A stretch of DNA of 64,000 nt from Nitrospinae bacterium CG11_big_fil_rev_8_21_14_0_20_45_15 (GCA_002787235.1 PCWG01000041.1:11713-75712); one strand, 5' to 3'. Shown: positions 38,541 to 49,608, counted from the first letter of the stretch. Numbers and translations: made by a program. The notes: generated from the sequence alone by a model not told the origin.

Positions 38541-41500
38541 ATGGTTTTCCGCCGAATAAAGACTGCATTAAAATATTTCCTGGCCGTTTTGTTGCTGGCC
38601 TGCCTCTCTCTGGTCGGTCTGGTTTTTTGGAACCTGACAGATGTTGACCGCTTGAAAGAGCTGGCGATCATGCAATTGGAAAACTTGACGGGACGCGAAG
38701 TTGTGGTCGGTGCGGCAGAACTGGATTGGTCGAAGGGTGTGAGCGTGAAATTGCTCAATGTCTCCATCGGCGGGGTACAAGGCAGTGGTCCAGAATGCTC
38801 CGCAAGAAGTGTCTGGGTGGTTGCCAAGATATTGCCTCTTTTAGAAAAACAAATCGAAATCCAGAAAGTGATCGTTCAGGGAGCCTATTTGCTTTTAGAG
38901 CGCAACGCCTCTGGAGATATGCGGCTGGGTGGCTGGGCTCCCAAACCCGGAACCAACACCCCCTCCCGCTGGGCAAATGTTTTCAAAGTCAACGCAATCA
39001 CTGAAGTGAGCTTCAAAGACAGTTCGCTGAAATTTGTAGATCACGCAAACACGGCAGGTGATGACTCCCCACGGCGCATCTCGTTGGAAAATTTTCATAT
39101 CAGTATCCGCAAACCTCTTTTGCAAAAAAAGTTAAGCTTTGTACTGGGTGGAGAAATGCCAAACGAAGGACCGCCTACCTTTATCAACACCGAGGGAACT
39201 TTGGGAGCCGAAATCCTGACGGGAGATTTCTCCAATCTATCCATTGCTGGAAACATGAAGGTGCAAGGCTTGCTTCTGCAAACCGTCAGACCTTATCTTA
39301 AATTTGTTTCCTCAGACTTTCCCGCAAACAGCCGTCTTTCTTTTGAAACGGATTTTGAGGGAGGCCGCTCATGGCAAATCAATGGCAAAGCACAATACTC
39401 ACTGACCGCGCGTGATGGATCACCGACGTTATCGAATCGTTCCACCTCAAATCGTGTCAGTGCCAACTTTGAAGCCTTTTATAACGAAAACGCTTTGGAA
39501 TTAAAAAACGTTTCCATAAGTGCAGGGCAATTTCACTTGAAAGGGAATGCCCAGTCGAAAAACATATTTGCCAGCGATCCTCAAATTAAATTTTCTGTCT
39601 CTACCGACCCGTTTTATATCGATCAAAGTCCTCATTATTTGCCTCTCAAAGTGATTCCTGAAAGGGTGCATGACATACTTCACAGCCGCTTTCAGGGAGG
39701 AACCATTAAAGTCAAATCATTGCATTTCGACGGCACTCTCAATCAGTTGAAGGGACTTGGAACGGAAGAAAACGACCGTCTTATTTCAGCTGAAATGGAT
39801 TTGGACCGGGTGGACTGGCTGGACCCCCTGCCAGACTTTAAAAAAGTAACCGGTTCTTTGAAATTGCACCAGGGCGATAGCGAGGTGCTGATCACCAATA
39901 CCACTTTTGTGGGCTTGCCTATCTCAAAAATCAGCGGGTCTATAAAAAATCTACTGCACGCTCCGGTTGCCGATCTTCAGGTAAAAAACCAGGTAGAAAT
40001 ACAGGCATTTAAAAAATTTCTGATTCGCATTTTGAAGGATGCTCCCTTTGTAAAGACTCTCAATCAACTGGAGGAAATAAAAGGAGAGGGAATTGTTACC
40101 GTCACTTTGAAAGGGTCGCTTGAAAACGACTCCGACCTTTCCATCAAAGGTCATTTAACAATTGATGACGCGACGATCAAGCGCAGGGGACTCAAGGAAA
40201 TAATAACCACCGTGCGCGGCGAGGTTTTTTACGATCAGCCATCAGCTATAGAAAAAAGTAAAACGGGAGTGACAACAACCGCCCGACTGGACAATTTTTC
40301 TGGCAAATTAAAACAAAGCTCCTTCTCAAATTTCAACGCCAATCTGGATCTGGACTCTAAAGACCCTTATCGAAAACTTTCCACAAAATTGCATCTCAAC
40401 CTTGTCGATGTGCCGAGCTTGCTTGCCGATTTTCCTCTTTCAAAGCCTGCAGAAGAATTGCTGAAGTTCATTGAATTTACCGGTGGGTTTGTGGATATCG
40501 AACGCTTTGTAACCACCGATCCCAAAAAACCGGGTAGCGAGAAGGCCTGGGGAAGTGCGCGTTTAAAAAACGCCTCGTTCAAATATCGCAACCGTTTTCA
40601 ACCGTTGATGAATGTAACGGGAACCATAAAATTCGCCGATCAGTCTCCTTTTTTATTGGAAAACATCACCGGTTGGTACGGCAATGCGCCACTGCACTTG
40701 AACGGGAATATCGACCGATCTGCCCCGTCACGACTGTCTTACGCTTTGAACTTCGATCTGGATAAGCTTTTAAGTGCCGATCTCAAAGACATTCCGCAAT
40801 TGCAAAGTTTGAAATTTGAAGGTCCCTTGCATTTCAAAGGCAAACTGACAGGCACTGTCGGAACCGATCCCGCGAGTCCTTCCAATCCTTCTTACCATTT
40901 AGCCTATGAACTGGACAAAATCCTGCGCAATGAGTTCACAGATGTTTCTTATCTGAAAAATTGGAAATTTGAAGGACCTTTGCATGCCAGCGGAACTTTG
41001 AACGGCCAAAATGATGAAATAGAATTTGACCAAATCATCGACCTGACTCCAATTGCATACCAACAGGAATCTATTTTTTCAAAACCTGCGGGTGTACGTA
41101 ATCCCCTACATTTGCAAGGGATTTACAGTCCAGCAAAAGGTTTACAGCTCAAGAAAATTCAATTCGATCTGGAAAAAATTCGTTTTGACGGCAGTGCTTC
41201 CATCAGCGCGGGGCAACCCTCTTTGTTTGATCTGAACGTCAAAGCACCCGATTTTGATCTGGCATCGGCTTCACGTTACTTCAAAAGCTTGTCCTTCGCA
41301 AAACAGGGAACTCTCAGCTTGAATTTTCAACTGAATGGGCCCATGGAATCGGGGAATAAAAATCTGACCGTTGCTGAAGCAAACTTCAAAAACGTTTTAC
41401 TGAACCCTTCCAACGCATCCTTTCCACCTGGAATATTCAGTGGCAAGTTTGAAAAAAAGGCGAACGACTATTCACTGAAAGAAGGACAGTGGACCCGCGA

Positions 41501-42575
41501 TGATTCGCAACTTTTCTTTAACGGAAATTACAGAGACAGTCTGACTCCGCAATTGAATCTTCAATTGACCGCCGGCACGTTGAAAATCGAAGATAGTAAA
41601 AAAGAACAGGATGAAAATGAAGACAGTGGATTGACGAAGTTAATAAAATCAGACATCCCGTTATTCACCAAAGGTACGGTTTCTGTGAACCTGGCCCTGG
41701 ACTCTCTGGTCTACAAAAAATTGAATATGAAAAAGGTCCATGGACAAATCAATATCAAGGATAAAAAACTGACCGTATCAAAGTTCAATTTTGGTGAAAA
41801 TAATTCGATCCATACTGAGGGAACCTTTGCTTTTCACAAAGACAAACCCATGGAGTTCAAAAATAGGCTATCTGTAAAAAACATGCACGCGCAAAACTTT
41901 ATAGCTTCACTGGGATCGGATTTTAAAAATGGACTAACGGGCGAGATCAAAAACCTGTCGGCCAGTCTTTCCGGGCAGGGTGATAAATGGGATGAAATTT
42001 CTTCATCGCTTACAGGAAGTATCGAACTGCATATGGAAGCGGGCAATTTCCATAAAACGCAATTCAAGCAAGGCATAGAAACCTTGATCGGCAACGCTTC
42101 GAAAATAACTCAGACAGAAAATAAAGAAACGTCTGAAGATGAGCTGAATAAAAAGTCACCTAAAAAAGAGGACGATAACATACCCTTCGACAAGGTCATC
42201 GGCAAATTCATGCTCATCGGCGGGGTTGCTAAAACGGACGATCTTATTTTTGAATCTCCGGGACGAAGAACATCGCTCGTTGGCAAATTTGATCTGGTGC
42301 AAAATAGTATGGATCTGGTGGTTGGCGTTGCTCCACTGGCAGATCTTGATAAATTTTTGACACAAATCCCTCTGGTCGGGAAAATCCTGACCGCCGGAGA
42401 TGAAGCAAGTTTGCTCAAGGCTTATTACACCGCCAAAGGACCGTTGACCGATCCCGAGGTAACCGCCATTCCTTTTGTTTCACTCGGCAAGAAAGTGATG
42501 GGTATTTTCCAGGGCATCCTGCAAACCCCTCAGGAAATACTTTCACTCCCCGACTCCGGGAATCCAACAAACTAG
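38541..42575 (+). CDS. AsmA-like / YhdP-like large envelope protein
   Basis: 1344 aa with a single N-terminal TM (ALKYFLAVLLLACLSLVGLVFW). A long beta-rich body follows, with a C-terminal DLVVGVAPLADLDKFLTQIPLVGKIL region typical of the AsmA-like C-terminus. Confidence 0.55.
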   Translation: MVFRRIKTALKYFLAVLLLACLSLVGLVFWNLTDVDRLKELAIMQLENLTGREVVVGAAELDWSKGVSVKLLNVSIGGVQGSGPECSARSVWVVAKILPLLEKQIEIQKVIVQGAYLLLERNASGDMRLGGWAPKPGTNTPSRWANVFKVNAITEVSFKDSSLKFVDHANTAGDDSPRRISLENFHISIRKPLLQKKLSFVLGGEMPNEGPPTFINTEGTLGAEILTGDFSNLSIAGNMKVQGLLLQTVRPYLKFVSSDFPANSRLSFETDFEGGRSWQINGKAQYSLTARDGSPTLSNRSTSNRVSANFEAFYNENALELKNVSISAGQFHLKGNAQSKNIFASDPQIKFSVSTDPFYIDQSPHYLPLKVIPERVHDILHSRFQGGTIKVKSLHFDGTLNQLKGLGTEENDRLISAEMDLDRVDWLDPLPDFKKVTGSLKLHQGDSEVLITNTTFVGLPISKISGSIKNLLHAPVADLQVKNQVEIQAFKKFLIRILKDAPFVKTLNQLEEIKGEGIVTVTLKGSLENDSDLSIKGHLTIDDATIKRRGLKEIITTVRGEVFYDQPSAIEKSKTGVTTTARLDNFSGKLKQSSFSNFNANLDLDSKDPYRKLSTKLHLNLVDVPSLLADFPLSKPAEELLKFIEFTGGFVDIERFVTTDPKKPGSEKAWGSARLKNASFKYRNRFQPLMNVTGTIKFADQSPFLLENITGWYGNAPLHLNGNIDRSAPSRLSYALNFDLDKLLSADLKDIPQLQSLKFEGPLHFKGKLTGTVGTDPASPSNPSYHLAYELDKILRNEFTDVSYLKNWKFEGPLHASGTLNGQNDEIEFDQIIDLTPIAYQQESIFSKPAGVRNPLHLQGIYSPAKGLQLKKIQFDLEKIRFDGSASISAGQPSLFDLNVKAPDFDLASASRYFKSLSFAKQGTLSLNFQLNGPMESGNKNLTVAEANFKNVLLNPSNASFPPGIFSGKFEKKANDYSLKEGQWTRDDSQLFFNGNYRDSLTPQLNLQLTAGTLKIEDSKKEQDENEDSGLTKLIKSDIPLFTKGTVSVNLALDSLVYKKLNMKKVHGQINIKDKKLTVSKFNFGENNSIHTEGTFAFHKDKPMEFKNRLSVKNMHAQNFIASLGSDFKNGLTGEIKNLSASLSGQGDKWDEISSSLTGSIELHMEAGNFHKTQFKQGIETLIGNASKITQTENKETSEDELNKKSPKKEDDNIPFDKVIGKFMLIGGVAKTDDLIFESPGRRTSLVGKFDLVQNSMDLVVGVAPLADLDKFLTQIPLVGKILTAGDEASLLKAYYTAKGPLTDPEVTAIPFVSLGKKVMGIFQGILQTPQEILSLPDSGNPTN

Positions 42576-42683
42576 CAAATCACCTTCAGCACTCGTAACT
42601 AACCTGCACTTGTGAAATGTCAGGGATTGATTCGTTTCGTAACAAAATGATTTGATCCCTCTTGACTCATCCTGTCGAATCGA

Positions 42684-43352
42684 TCAGAGATCGCCGCGAT
42701 GACGAATGATTTCACCTTCCGTGAAATAGATAACATCTTCCGCAATATTGGTGGCATGGTCGGCAATGCGTTCCAGATAACGCGATGCAGAAAGAATTTG
42801 AATAAAAACCTTGATGCGATCGGGATTGTCTCGCATTGCGGATTCCATTTGTCGGTACATTTCGCGATTCAAATCGTCTACCGCGTCGTCACTAGCACAT
42901 ACCTTTCTCGCTAAGTTGGCGTCCGCGTTTACAAAAGCATCCAGACTTTCGCGCAACATTTCCTTAACGAGGTTCGCCATCGAGTTGATCTCAAAAGGAA
43001 TCGGCATTTTTTCTTTGGAAGACAGATAGATCGCACGCTCGGAAACGTTGGCAGCAAGATCACCCACCCGCTCCAGGTCCTGATTCATTTTTAAAATCGA
43101 TACAATGAATCGCAGATCGTTTGCAACGGGCTGATACAGAGCAAGAATTTTCAGGCATTCTTCCTCGACCTCTACTTCCATAAGATCTATTTCGCGATCA
43201 GACTCAATCACTTTTTTAGCCAAATCGGTGTTTCTTTCAATCAGAGATTTCACGGCGTTCTGGACGCTTTCTTCCACGCGCGTACCCAGCGAAAGCACCA
43301 GATCCCGCAATCGCGTCAATTCTCTTTCCAAGTGCAAGACATGTCTCGCCAT
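42684..43352 (-). CDS. phoU: Phosphate signalling complex protein PhoU
   Basis: Two PhoU repeats with the E(D)xxxD motifs (ESDREIDLMEVEVEE; ASDDAVDDLNREMY). ATG 43352 lies 13 nt after the pstB stop. Confidence 0.88.
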   Translation of the reverse strand: MARHVLHLERELTRLRDLVLSLGTRVEESVQNAVKSLIERNTDLAKKVIESDREIDLMEVEVEEECLKILALYQPVANDLRFIVSILKMNQDLERVGDLAANVSERAIYLSSKEKMPIPFEINSMANLVKEMLRESLDAFVNADANLARKVCASDDAVDDLNREMYRQMESAMRDNPDRIKVFIQILSASRYLERIADHATNIAEDVIYFTEGEIIRHRGDL

Positions 43353-43365
43353 AATCTTCTTTTCC

Positions 43366-44160
43366 TTACCCGAACCTGCCGGTGATATAGTCTTCAGTTT
43401 TCTTTTCTTTTGGCTTCCTGAAAATGAGTTCCGTCGCACTGAACTCGATCAACTCGCCCATGAATAAAAAACCAGTGAAGTCAGCAATGCGTGCCGCCTG
43501 TTGCATGTTGTGTGTGACAATGATTATAGTATATCGTTCCTTCAATTCGACAATCAACTCTTCGATGCGCGCTGTCGCGATGGGGTCGAGTGCCGAACAG
43601 GGTTCATCCATGAGCAGGATATCCGGCTCGACGGCAATGGCCCTGCCAATGCAGAGGCGTTGTTGCTGACCGCCGGAAAGCTGGAGCGCGCTGTCGTGTA
43701 CCCGATCTTTCACTTCCTCCCAAAGAGCCACTCGTTTCAGACTCCGCTCCACAATTTCATCCAACTCACGTTTATCTTTCAAACCGTGTATGCGCGGCCC
43801 ATAGGCAACGTTTTCATAAATACTTTTGGGGAAGGGATTGAATTTCTGAAACACCATCCCCACTCTTTTACGCAAGTCACTGACATCTTTGGACGGCTCA
43901 TTAATATCCTGATCGCCTATACTAATCGTGCCTTCCAGCCGAACATTATCCACGAGGTCGTTCATTCGGTTCAGACAACGCAAAAGGGTTGACTTGCCAC
44001 ATCCCGATGGACCGATGAAAGCAGTCACCTTATTTTTCGGAAGCTTCATACATATATCTGACAAAGCTTTTTTATTTCCGTAATAAAATGAAACTTTGTC
44101 GATGAGGACTGCGGTTTCACATGCCGAAAGTTCTTTGCGTTGAGACGTTCCCTGCGTCAT
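43366..44160 (-). CDS. pstB: Phosphate ABC transporter ATP-binding protein
   Basis: Walker [10 protein letters not shown], signature [16 protein letters not shown], Walker [14 protein letters not shown], and the PstB-typical C-terminus [10 protein letters not shown]. Confidence 0.95.
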   Translation of the reverse strand: MTQGTSQRKELSACETAVLIDKVSFYYGNKKALSDICMKLPKNKVTAFIGPSGCGKSTLLRCLNRMNDLVDNVRLEGTISIGDQDINEPSKDVSDLRKRVGMVFQKFNPFPKSIYENVAYGPRIHGLKDKRELDEIVERSLKRVALWEEVKDRVHDSALQLSGGQQQRLCIGRAIAVEPDILLMDEPCSALDPIATARIEELIVELKERYTIIIVTHNMQQAARIADFTGFLFMGELIEFSATELIFRKPKEKKTEDYITGRFG

Positions 44161-44289
44161 AGCTTAAAAATCTCCGTGACGGGTTTATTAACACACACCT
44201 TCATAAGTTACTTTCTACCTGCATCGACCTTAAAAAATAAAGCGGTTGCTTCAATTTCAAAATACAAAACAATGACACGCTTCATGACA

Positions 44290-45897
44290 TCATACCGGGT
44301 TTGTCGCCAGTTTTTTGCGCAAACGTTTCCTGAGGTTGATGGCAAACAAATTCAAAATCAGAATAATCAAAATCAATAACAAGGTCGTCGCAAAAACCAT
44401 GGGACGCGCGGCATCCACATTGGGAGACTGAAACCCGACGTCATAAATATGAAATCCCAAATGCATGAATTTTTGATCCAGATGCAAGAAGGGCCAAACT
44501 CCATCCAGGGGCAATGAGGGTGCCATTTTAACAACGCCCGTGATCATCAAAGGGGCCACTTCTCCGGCCGCACGCGCCATTGCCAGTATCAAACCGGTCA
44601 AAATAGATGGCATGACGGCTGGAAAAACAATGCGCCAGGACGTTTCCCACTTGGTCGCCCCCAACGCTAAAGAAGCTTCCCGTATACCCCGCGGAACAGC
44701 GGCCAGCCCTTCCTCGGTTGAAACAATAACGATGGGAACGGTCAACAGGGCCATGGTGAGTGAAGCCCAAAGAATGCCTCCGGTTCCAAATGTGGGTGTG
44801 GGAAGCGATTCTGCAAAGAAAAAACTGTCGATGGTTCCACCGACAAAATAGATAAAAAATCCGACTCCAAAAACTCCAAATACGATAGAGGGAACACCTG
44901 CCAGATTATTTACGGCAATGCGTGTTGCGCTGACAAAAAATCCCGGCTTGGCGTATTCGCGCAAATAAAATCCAGCAAGCACTCCAAGGGGAGCGGCAAA
45001 AAAGCTCATCAACAAAACCATCATCACGGTGCCAAAGATCGCGGGAAACACACCGCCTTCCGTATTCGACTCGCGCGGATCATCCACCAAAAATCGCAGA
45101 ACTTTGTTATAAAAGAAGACTCCTTTATCCCAGAGATTGAATTGATTGGGCAAATGCACCTGAATGATCTTAGCCAGTGCAACCGTTCGTTTTTGGCCGT
45201 CTGCCATTCTAACAAGGACGGAACCTGTGAGTTGCGCTCTCAGGTCCACCAGGTGTTTTTCCAGTTCTTCGTATTGACGATTCAGATCTGCAATGTCTTT
45301 CTCGATTTTCTCTTTTTCTGCTGAATTGGATTTTTCTTCATTCTTCAAAGTTTTGAGACGCAATCGATGATCTTCCAATTGATGGTTGATGCTACCCACA
45401 TCTCTGTTGGAAATTTTTTCAATCTCGTCGTGAATTTTTCCCAGTACAGTCAATCGCTCACGAATCACCCGGACACTTTCTTCTGATCCTGTGGCGAGGA
45501 TCTTCTCTCCGTCACGCACTTCTTCCACATAGCCGATCAGGTCGCCCCATTCTCGGCGCTCCATGATCAATGCCTGTGCAGGAAATTCCGAGCTCTGGAT
45601 TTTGTCTTCGTCCAGCCAAACAAAGTCACTCCCGTAAACATCGCGTCCACCGCGTTTTATCTGGATACGAAAACGTTCGGGGAGGGTTGAAGGGATGAGT
45701 TCCTGTCGAACCACGGCTCCGAGAATTGTTTTCTCTTTTGTCGCCGTGCTAAAACTCTGTAATGGAGTGGGCCAAAAAGCCATCGTTCCATTTATCAGCA
45801 AATTCAACAGCAATGCGCTTACGAGAAATAAGGCGAACGCCAGGCATATCCCCGTCAGCCAAATAAACATGTCTCCCGTTTTCCAAATGTTTCGCAT
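44290..45897 (-). CDS. pstA: Phosphate ABC transporter permease PstA, long form with a large periplasmic/coiled-coil insertion after TM1
   Basis: The C-terminal BPD-transporter core (EASLALGATKWETSWRIVFP) is PstA-like. An insertion of about 250 aa contains the heptad-rich LKNEEKSNSAEKEKIEKDIADLNRQYEELEKHLVDL. Confidence 0.85.
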   Translation of the reverse strand: MRNIWKTGDMFIWLTGICLAFALFLVSALLLNLLINGTMAFWPTPLQSFSTATKEKTILGAVVRQELIPSTLPERFRIQIKRGGRDVYGSDFVWLDEDKIQSSEFPAQALIMERREWGDLIGYVEEVRDGEKILATGSEESVRVIRERLTVLGKIHDEIEKISNRDVGSINHQLEDHRLRLKTLKNEEKSNSAEKEKIEKDIADLNRQYEELEKHLVDLRAQLTGSVLVRMADGQKRTVALAKIIQVHLPNQFNLWDKGVFFYNKVLRFLVDDPRESNTEGGVFPAIFGTVMMVLLMSFFAAPLGVLAGFYLREYAKPGFFVSATRIAVNNLAGVPSIVFGVFGVGFFIYFVGGTIDSFFFAESLPTPTFGTGGILWASLTMALLTVPIVIVSTEEGLAAVPRGIREASLALGATKWETSWRIVFPAVMPSILTGLILAMARAAGEVAPLMITGVVKMAPSLPLDGVWPFLHLDQKFMHLGFHIYDVGFQSPNVDAARPMVFATTLLLILIILILNLFAINLRKRLRKKLATNPV

Positions 45898-48164
45898 CAG
45901 AGAGCCTTGAATTTTTCGCGCAATTTCAATCGCACAATTTCGGCGATGGTATTTGCAATGAAGGTAAACACAAATAAAAGAAAAGCCATGAGAAACAAGA
46001 TGCGATAAAGCGTACCCCCTTCAGGGGCTTCCGGCAATTCAACGGCAATATTCGCAGACATGGCGCGGAATCCGTTGAACACACTCATGTCCATGATCGG
46101 CGTGTTGCCCGTAGCCATGAGCACGATCATCGTTTCCCCGATGGCGCGTCCAAAACCTATCATGACCGCTGAAAAAATTCCCGGCAATGCGACAGGCAGA
46201 ATCACCTTTACAGCCGTCTGCCAGGGGGTCGCTCCCAATGCAAGGGAACCTGCCTTGAGATGAGAAGGGACATTCGACAGCGAATCTTCGGCAATGGTAA
46301 AAATCAGGGGAACAACGGCAAAACCCATCGCAATGCCCACAACCATCGTGTTGCGCTGATCGTATTGGACATTAAAAACTTCGAGTGCCCATGTTTTAAA
46401 ATCACCCGCCATCCACTGCGTTTCAATAAAACCTCCAAACAGGATGGAACCCCCGGCCGCACCCAACACAAGGGGAATCAGAAAAATCATTTCCATACCG
46501 GGCTTCAACCCTAATTTACCTGAGATTTTCCATTTGCGATCTGCCGCCCAACCGAGCAATGCGGCCGCCGCAGAAACCACCGGGAACAAAACAAATCCCA
46601 CAAAATACTCCTCCAATAAGGGAGCAATGATGAGTGCTCCTACAAAACCCAAAGCCACTGTGGGCAGAGTTGCCATCAGTTCTACGGTCGGCTTGGTGAT
46701 TTCGCGCAATCGTGGATTCATGAACTGGGAGGCATAAAAAGCACTCAACAACGCCAGCGGAAGGGCAAATAGCATGGCATAAAAAGTTCCCTTCGCGGTT
46801 CCGTAAATGAGCGGGATGAGGCTGTACTTGGGCTCAAATTCATCACTTCCCCCCGTGGATTGCCAGGTGTATTCAGGCTTGGAATATCCTTCGTACCAGA
46901 TTTTGCCAAACAAGGCCTTGAAAGACACCGAGGGATGCGGGTTGTCCAGGGTCCAATGATAAACATCCCCCTTGGAATCAACTGCCAGCAAGCCATTGTT
47001 CTTTGGGGAGATTGCCAAAGTTTTAAAATGAGCCCCGCTCGCTCCTGTCATCGAATACTGAGTTTCACCCGTTGTCGCGTAGCGGTATTGAATCTTGCCA
47101 TCTTTACCTGCGGTAAAAAAACCTTTGTCACGCAAGGAATGGGAGATTGCCGTCACCGCTTCAGCGTGCGGGGAAAATGCGTGAATGGGTTTCAGACTAC
47201 CGGCAAGATTGGCGCGATCCAGTTGATAACTGCGGACATTGCCTTCGCTGTCGCCGACAATCAGGGTGTACCCACCGTTTAAAAATTGAATGAAAACGAC
47301 CGCAACATTGGAACTTTCGGTTGCACCCACTACGGACACGGAGCTTTCATGGTCGTCACCCTCAAGATTCACTTGCAGAATTTGCCCGGAAGAGGTTCCC
47401 GCTAACAATCGTTTTCCAGATTCGTCCAATGCCAGAGCGGTCAACTCCCCCTGTACTGGCAAGGTCCATTTCGAAGTCGAAACTTTCCTGCGCACCGCAC
47501 CCGTCATCGATCGTTTGAGTTTGATATGGGTCACTGACACGTCACCGCCCTTGCCCGCACTGGCGATGGCATAACCGTTTTCCAAATGAGCATAAGCCAA
47601 AACGCTGACAGCTTGCCCGGAATTAACTGCCGGCAAGGCTTTCTGCTCTTCCAGACCGGGGAAAACGGCGCGCACTTCGTTCTTATAGGTCGATTCAAAA
47701 ATAATTTTTACAGGAAGCACTCTGCCATCTGATAGCCCCAGAACCGCAAATCTTTTTGAGGAATGAGAAACCCCCGTTACGGTGGCAGTTCCCAGTTCTT
47801 CAAGTGCAGGTACTTCCACAGGTGTCCACGCGGGCAGAGTATAAAAATGTATTCCCTGCGCATCAATCACATAAGCGATCTGCTGATATTCGTCGATGCC
47901 CAGGGCCATCGGAGGCTCTTTGACGGCACCTGTTTTTTTATAGGTGAGGGTAATTTCTGCGGATTTAAAAAGCGGCAAGGCTTCAAGCATGATGACCAAA
48001 AGGATCGCCATGATCGAAAAAATAATGACCATGCCACCAAAAGTCACGACTCGCGAGGCGATTCGATCCACCCATTGACGCCGAAAATTATTCGAAGAAG
48101 TTAAAATGGAATTCTTTTTAAAGGGCGATGATCCCGTCTGACCAGCTTCAACCGTGCCTGTCAT
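45897..48164 (-). CDS. pstC: Phosphate ABC transporter permease PstC, long form with an N-terminal periplasmic repeat domain
   Basis: The C-terminal permease core (AGSLALGATPWQTAVKVILP) is PstC-like. After TM1 comes a domain of about 370 aa with seven blade-like repeats. Its stop overlaps the pstA start by 1 nt. Confidence 0.85.
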   Translation of the reverse strand: MTGTVEAGQTGSSPFKKNSILTSSNNFRRQWVDRIASRVVTFGGMVIIFSIMAILLVIMLEALPLFKSAEITLTYKKTGAVKEPPMALGIDEYQQIAYVIDAQGIHFYTLPAWTPVEVPALEELGTATVTGVSHSSKRFAVLGLSDGRVLPVKIIFESTYKNEVRAVFPGLEEQKALPAVNSGQAVSVLAYAHLENGYAIASAGKGGDVSVTHIKLKRSMTGAVRRKVSTSKWTLPVQGELTALALDESGKRLLAGTSSGQILQVNLEGDDHESSVSVVGATESSNVAVVFIQFLNGGYTLIVGDSEGNVRSYQLDRANLAGSLKPIHAFSPHAEAVTAISHSLRDKGFFTAGKDGKIQYRYATTGETQYSMTGASGAHFKTLAISPKNNGLLAVDSKGDVYHWTLDNPHPSVSFKALFGKIWYEGYSKPEYTWQSTGGSDEFEPKYSLIPLIYGTAKGTFYAMLFALPLALLSAFYASQFMNPRLREITKPTVELMATLPTVALGFVGALIIAPLLEEYFVGFVLFPVVSAAAALLGWAADRKWKISGKLGLKPGMEMIFLIPLVLGAAGGSILFGGFIETQWMAGDFKTWALEVFNVQYDQRNTMVVGIAMGFAVVPLIFTIAEDSLSNVPSHLKAGSLALGATPWQTAVKVILPVALPGIFSAVMIGFGRAIGETMIVLMATGNTPIMDMSVFNGFRAMSANIAVELPEAPEGGTLYRILFLMAFLLFVFTFIANTIAEIVRLKLREKFKAL

Positions 48165-48305
48165 AAGTCATTCATCCCTGTGAGCACAGGAATCACAGCA
48201 AGAATCGAAAAGCTCAAAAACGCTCTTGCCCGCTCGACTTCCAACATTATTTTCATTTTCACAGACACAATCCTATTTAAGAGAACTCGTAGCTTAAACT
48301 TGTTT

Positions 48306-48327
48306 TGTTAGAATTGTGTTAGGAATG
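48306..48327 (-). promoter_or_regulatory. Pho-box-like direct repeat upstream of pstC
   Basis: Plus strand TGTTAGA-ATTG-TGTTAGG (coding strand CCTAACAcaatTCTAACA) gives 7-bp direct repeats at 11-bp periodicity. A TAAGCT -10-like hexamer follows 9 nt downstream on the coding strand (48291-48296). Confidence 0.5.
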
Positions 48328-48354
48328 CTATTTTTTGGTTTTTTTTAGGAGGGC

Positions 48355-48387
48355 CCCCTTTCCCAAGGGAAAACCTTGAGAAAGGGG
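48355..48387 (-). other. Intercistronic stem-loop between pstS and pstC
   Basis: cccctttcccaagg-gaaaa-ccttgagaaagggg: a 14-bp stem with one mismatch and no U run on the coding strand. Confidence 0.7.
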
Positions 48388-48522
48388 TATTTTCAGAGGA
48401 TACTTTTTAACTCACAATATTTCAAACACATACTAACGGAATGCTCTTATCGCCAGACGATTCACAACTCCGACTGAATATTTCATCCATTAGCATCTTT
48501 GTGAAAATTTTTCACAGCGACT

Positions 48523-49509
48523 CTATTCAACACCGATCAATGCGAGATCTTCTTTTGCTACAACACCCGGCAATGGGAAATAGCCCCCTTTGGCAGTGAT
48601 CTGTTGGCCTTCTTCAGAAAGAACCATTCGCAAAAATTCCAGTGTCAATGGGTCCAAAGGTTTGCCCGGTGCCTTATTCACGTAGATATAGAGGAAACGT
48701 GAAAGTGGGTAATCGCCGGTCAATGCGTTTTCCAAGGTCGCCTCAACATATTCCGTTCCTTCTTCGGACAATGGCAGGGCGCGGACATTCGAGGTCATGT
48801 AACCGATTCCGCTATAACCCATGGCGAACCGATCAACGCTGATCCCTTGAACTACAGAGGCCGAGCCCGGTTGCTCTTTCACATCGTCGCGATAATCGCC
48901 CTTTTTCAAAACATTAGATTTGAAAAAACCGTAAGTACCGGAAGCCGAATTTCGACCGAACAAGCTGATGGGCTTGCTGGCCCATTCTCCCGTCAAACCG
49001 ACCTCACCCCAGGTTTTGATTGGCTTGCCACCGCGACGCTGGGTCTTGGAAAAAGCCGCATCCACCTGTGCCAGACTCATCCCCTTGATGGGATTGTCTT
49101 TATTCACAAAAACCGCCAAGGCGTCAATCGCTACCCGAACCGCTGTCGGCTTGTATCCGTAACGATTTTCAAATGTATCTATTTCTTTATTTTTCATCTG
49201 ACGGGACATCGGCCCCAATTGAGAAACAGCAGAAATCAATGCTGGCGGAGCGGTCGATGAACCTTTGCCTTCGACCTGGATATTGACGTTTGGATAGTAT
49301 GTTTTGAATTTTTCGCTCCAAAAGGTCATTAAATTATTGAGCGTATCGGAACCGATGCTGTCCAGATTGCCGCTAACGCCCGACTGTTTGGCGTAAGGCT
49401 TCAAAGCAACCTCGGCTGATGCCATTCCGGGTATCGAAGCTATGGAAAGACAGGCCGCTAAAACGAAAGCACTTACTTTCTTAACTTCGAATTTATTTCT
49501 CATTACCAT
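48523..49509 (-). CDS. pstS: Phosphate-binding protein PstS
   Basis: Signal peptide, then a type-2 periplasmic binding fold with GKGSSTAPPALI and SASGTYGFF. ATG 49509 lies 8 nt after AAGGAG. Confidence 0.88.
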   Translation of the reverse strand: MVMRNKFEVKKVSAFVLAACLSIASIPGMASAEVALKPYAKQSGVSGNLDSIGSDTLNNLMTFWSEKFKTYYPNVNIQVEGKGSSTAPPALISAVSQLGPMSRQMKNKEIDTFENRYGYKPTAVRVAIDALAVFVNKDNPIKGMSLAQVDAAFSKTQRRGGKPIKTWGEVGLTGEWASKPISLFGRNSASGTYGFFKSNVLKKGDYRDDVKEQPGSASVVQGISVDRFAMGYSGIGYMTSNVRALPLSEEGTEYVEATLENALTGDYPLSRFLYIYVNKAPGKPLDPLTLEFLRMVLSEEGQQITAKGGYFPLPGVVAKEDLALIGVE

Positions 49510-49608
49510 TTCACAATCTCCTTGAAAGTGAGTATCACTTAACTTGCTTGATTGATGTGCCAAAAAGTTCTTTTGCAGTTTCACTCTTTGTTAATTTGTT
49601 AGAGGACC

